From: Anaeromyxobacter sp.
Lineage (GTDB): Bacteria > Myxococcota > Myxococcia > Myxococcales > Anaeromyxobacteraceae
Direction: 5' to 3'
DNA: 64,000 nucleotides
NCBI GenBank assembly: GCA_049840735.1
Contig: JASGJN010000013.1
Location: 64,001-128,000 of the forward strand
Position numbers and translations under genes: made by a program. The notes below the pieces were generated by a model, which was not told the DNA's origin, did not search any database, and worked only from the letters and a program-made list of their open reading frames with translations. This document shows, piece after piece, positions 61,738 to 64,000 of the stretch (the first letter of the stretch is position 1; each line of letters starts with the position of its first letter).

Positions 61738-61950
61738 ATGGATCTCCTCACCCGCTTCGCCGGCAACGTCAGGCGCCTCCGCTCCAAGAAGAAGCTTTCG
61801 CAGAAGGCGCTCGCCGACAAGGTCGGGATCTCGGTCTCGTACGTCTCCATGCTGGAGCGCGGCCAGCGCTCCCCGCCGCTGGAGACGATCGAGAAGATGG
61901 CGAAGGCGCTGGGCGTACCGCCGGCTGCGCTGCTCGGCGGCGGCCGCTGA
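61738..61950 (+). CDS. XRE-family helix-turn-helix regulator (70 aa)
   Basis: FAGNVRRLRSKKKLSQKALADKVGISVSYVSMLERGQRSP. Confidence 0.9.
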   Translation: MDLLTRFAGNVRRLRSKKKLSQKALADKVGISVSYVSMLERGQRSPPLETIEKMAKALGVPPAALLGGGR

Positions 61951-62223
61951 CGGACGCCAGGCGGCCTCGCTCCGGATCCCACGTTCACCGGCCGGCCTGA
62001 CCGGCACGCCTCGGGCGTGCGGGTCGGCCGGCTGATTCGCTTCCAGGGACCAGCTGCGCAGGGCGCTCGCTGCGGCGCGCAGGTGTCGCGACCTGCCGCG
62101 CACTCCTCCCGCGCACACCACCGCGCCGCGCGCCCTCGCCCTCGCCCTCGCCCGCACCAGGCAGCGCACGCCGCCCGCCCTCGCGCGCACCGATGGACGT
62201 ACCGGGCACGCCACCCGCGCGCC

Positions 62224-62745
62224 TCACCGCTCCAGCGTCGCGCTCCCGGGCGTCCACTCGGCCGGCACCGGCTCGCCGGTCTGGAGCGCCTCCAGCACGC
62301 GCAGCAGCTCCGACACGGAGCGCCCCACCGACAGCGGGTAGACGGCCGCGAACTGCACCACCCCGGCCGGATCGACGAGGAAGGTGCCGCGCGCGGCCAC
62401 CTCCTCGTCATCCAGCCAGACGCCGTAGCGCCGCGCAATCTCCCCGCCCGGATCGGCGGCCAGCGGCAGGTCCACCTCGCCCAGCACCTCGGCGATCCAG
62501 CGCCGGTGCGTGTCCAGCCCGTCGGCCGAGATCGCCACCGGCTCGGCGCCCAGCCCGCGCAGCTCGCGCGCGCGCCGCGACAGCTCGCGGATCTCGGTGG
62601 GGCAGACGCTGGTGAAGTCCCGCGGATAGAAGACCAGCACCACCCAGCGCCCGGCCAGGGCGGCCAGCGAGACCTGGACGGGCTCGCCGCGCCCGCGGAC
62701 CGCGTTCGCCTTGAACTCCGGAGCCCTGTCGAGGAAAGTCGTCAC
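62224..62745 (-). CDS. AhpC/TSA-family peroxiredoxin with a single Cys
   Basis: Motifs FYPRDFTSVCPTE, RGTFLVDP and GRSVSELLR. GGAGG RBS with GTG start. Confidence 0.88.
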   Translation of the reverse strand: MTTFLDRAPEFKANAVRGRGEPVQVSLAALAGRWVVLVFYPRDFTSVCPTEIRELSRRARELRGLGAEPVAISADGLDTHRRWIAEVLGEVDLPLAADPGGEIARRYGVWLDDEEVAARGTFLVDPAGVVQFAAVYPLSVGRSVSELLRVLEALQTGEPVPAEWTPGSATLER

Positions 62746-62831
62746 CCAGCCTCCGTCGCGGTCCCGCCGCGGATCTCCTCCGATACGGCCCGCGGCGGGC
62801 TGCGTCAACCCGACATCACCGGAGCTGCCGC

Positions 62832-63749
62832 ATGACCTCCACCCTGCTCGCGCTCGCCCTGGGGACCTTCAGCATCGTCGCCGCCGATCCGGAGACGGGG
62901 CAGATCGGCGTGGCGGTCCAGTCCAAGTTCCCCGCGGTGGGCGCCATCGTCCCCGCCGCCAAGGCCGGGGTCGGCGCGGTCGCGACGCAGGCCGCTGCCA
63001 ACGTGGCCTGGAAGCAGCAGGCGCTGCAGCTGCTGGCGCAGGGGCTCGCGCCGGACGAGGTGGTGCGGCGGCTGGTGGAGCAGGACCCCGGCGCGCAGGA
63101 CCGGCAGCTCGGCATCGTCGACGCCAGGGGGCGCGCGGCGGCCTTCACCGGGAAGCGCTGCTTCGACCACGCCAGCCACCTCACCGGCGAGGGCTTCACC
63201 GTGCAGGGCAACATCCTGGTCGGGCGCGAGACGCTGGTGGCCATGGCGCGCGCCTACGAGGCGGCCCGCGCCGCGAAGAAGCCCCTGGCGGAGCGGCTGC
63301 TGGCCGCCCTGGCGGCTGGCGCGCGGGCTGGCGGCGACCGGCGCGGGCAGGAGAGCGCCGCGCTGGTGGTGGTGCGCCCGGGCGGCGGCTACGGCGGCGC
63401 GGACGACGTGTGGATCGACCTGCGCGTGGACGACCACCCGAAGCCGATCGAGGAGCTGACCCGGCTCTACCGCGACGTGCACCAGTACTACTTCGGCCTC
63501 ACCGAGCAGGCCCTCCCGCTCGACGCGGCGCGCGCCCGCGAGGTGCAGGGGCTGCTCTCGCAGACCCGCTTCTACAAGGGACCGGTCAGCGGGACCTGGG
63601 ACGCGGCCAGCCAGCAGGCGCTGGAGGACTTCATGGGGTGGGAGAATCTGGAGGGCCGCACCCGCCGGGACGGGACCATCGACGCCCTGGTCCTGGCCCA
63701 CCTCCAGCGGGTCGTGTCCTCGGCCACTCCGCCGAGAAAGTCGCAGTGA
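62832..63749 (+). CDS. DUF1028 (Ntn-hydrolase-like) protein with a C-terminal putative peptidoglycan-binding domain
   Basis: Motifs TFSIVAAD, GAVATQA, QGNIL, GGDRRG, DLRVDDH and WENLEGR. Confidence 0.88.
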   Translation: MTSTLLALALGTFSIVAADPETGQIGVAVQSKFPAVGAIVPAAKAGVGAVATQAAANVAWKQQALQLLAQGLAPDEVVRRLVEQDPGAQDRQLGIVDARGRAAAFTGKRCFDHASHLTGEGFTVQGNILVGRETLVAMARAYEAARAAKKPLAERLLAALAAGARAGGDRRGQESAALVVVRPGGGYGGADDVWIDLRVDDHPKPIEELTRLYRDVHQYYFGLTEQALPLDAARAREVQGLLSQTRFYKGPVSGTWDAASQQALEDFMGWENLEGRTRRDGTIDALVLAHLQRVVSSATPPRKSQ

Positions 63750-63865
63750 GGGCGCCCAGTTGACCCCTGACGAGCCGCCAGCCCCCGGCCGGCCCGCCAC
63801 CCGGCGTTGCGGAATCACCACCCTGCCCCGTAGGTTCACCACCAGGCGGCGGGAGCGCGGGGCGC

Positions 63866-64000
63866 ATGCAACGATTCGGACGGAGAAGCTTCCTCAAAGG
63901 TGCGCTGGTGGTCACGGCCGCCGGCGCTGGCGTCGTGCCGACGGACGGCCTGGCCGGCGACGACGGCCTCCGCCACGAGCAGGTGACGTTCAAGGTGCCC
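63866..64000 (+). CDS. Tat-exported protein, N-terminal fragment; runs off the window edge
   Basis: MQRFGRRSFLKGALVV, a twin-arginine RRxFLK motif. Confidence 0.7.
   Translation, partial: MQRFGRRSFLKGALVVTAAGAGVVPTDGLAGDDGLRHEQVTFKVP

Noticed and set aside
61600..61950. XRE gene as a restriction-modification controller (C protein) explaining the GATC signature
   Set aside because: No methyltransferase or nuclease is adjacent and there is no clear C-box. The GTCAC-N5-GTGAC palindrome upstream is too weak on its own.
62132..62153. (GCCCTC)n short repeat
   Set aside because: Only about 3.5 units in a GC-rich intergenic region between convergent genes, with no evidence of function.

Overview
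Very GC-rich chromosomal window. Gene content and protein families (MYXO-CTERM-like surface protein, ElbD-like ether-lipid cluster, MtrC/OmcA-type decaheme cytochrome, cbb3 oxidase, Hsp70 paralog, MshEN protein) point to Myxococcota, most like Anaeromyxobacter (inference). It is mostly core genome: J-protein/Hsp70, dgt, gltX-glnS, tRNA-Glu/Gln/Cys, aspA-family lyase, acnB, a cbb3 (cco) operon, a molybdopterin oxidoreductase, an elb-like lipid cluster, argJ, a peroxiredoxin and several kinases/receivers. A small accessory patch with an HNH gene lies around tRNA-Cys. No CRISPR array, rRNA, integrase or transposase was seen. Two observations stand out. (1) After removing two single-base insertions, 4876-10187 reads as one ~1769-aa ORF. 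An internal MYXO-CTERM-like anchor is followed directly by a second lipoprotein signal peptide, suggesting a two-protein surface polyprotein, and a myxosortase-like CPBP protease is encoded divergently beside it. (2) The apparent frameshifts are single extra bases at or beside GATC (mostly GAATC/GATTC) or at GAGACC, and many probable GATC>AATC/GATT substitutions also occur. This is most simply a long-read error footprint of host DNA modification rather than true pseudogenes.
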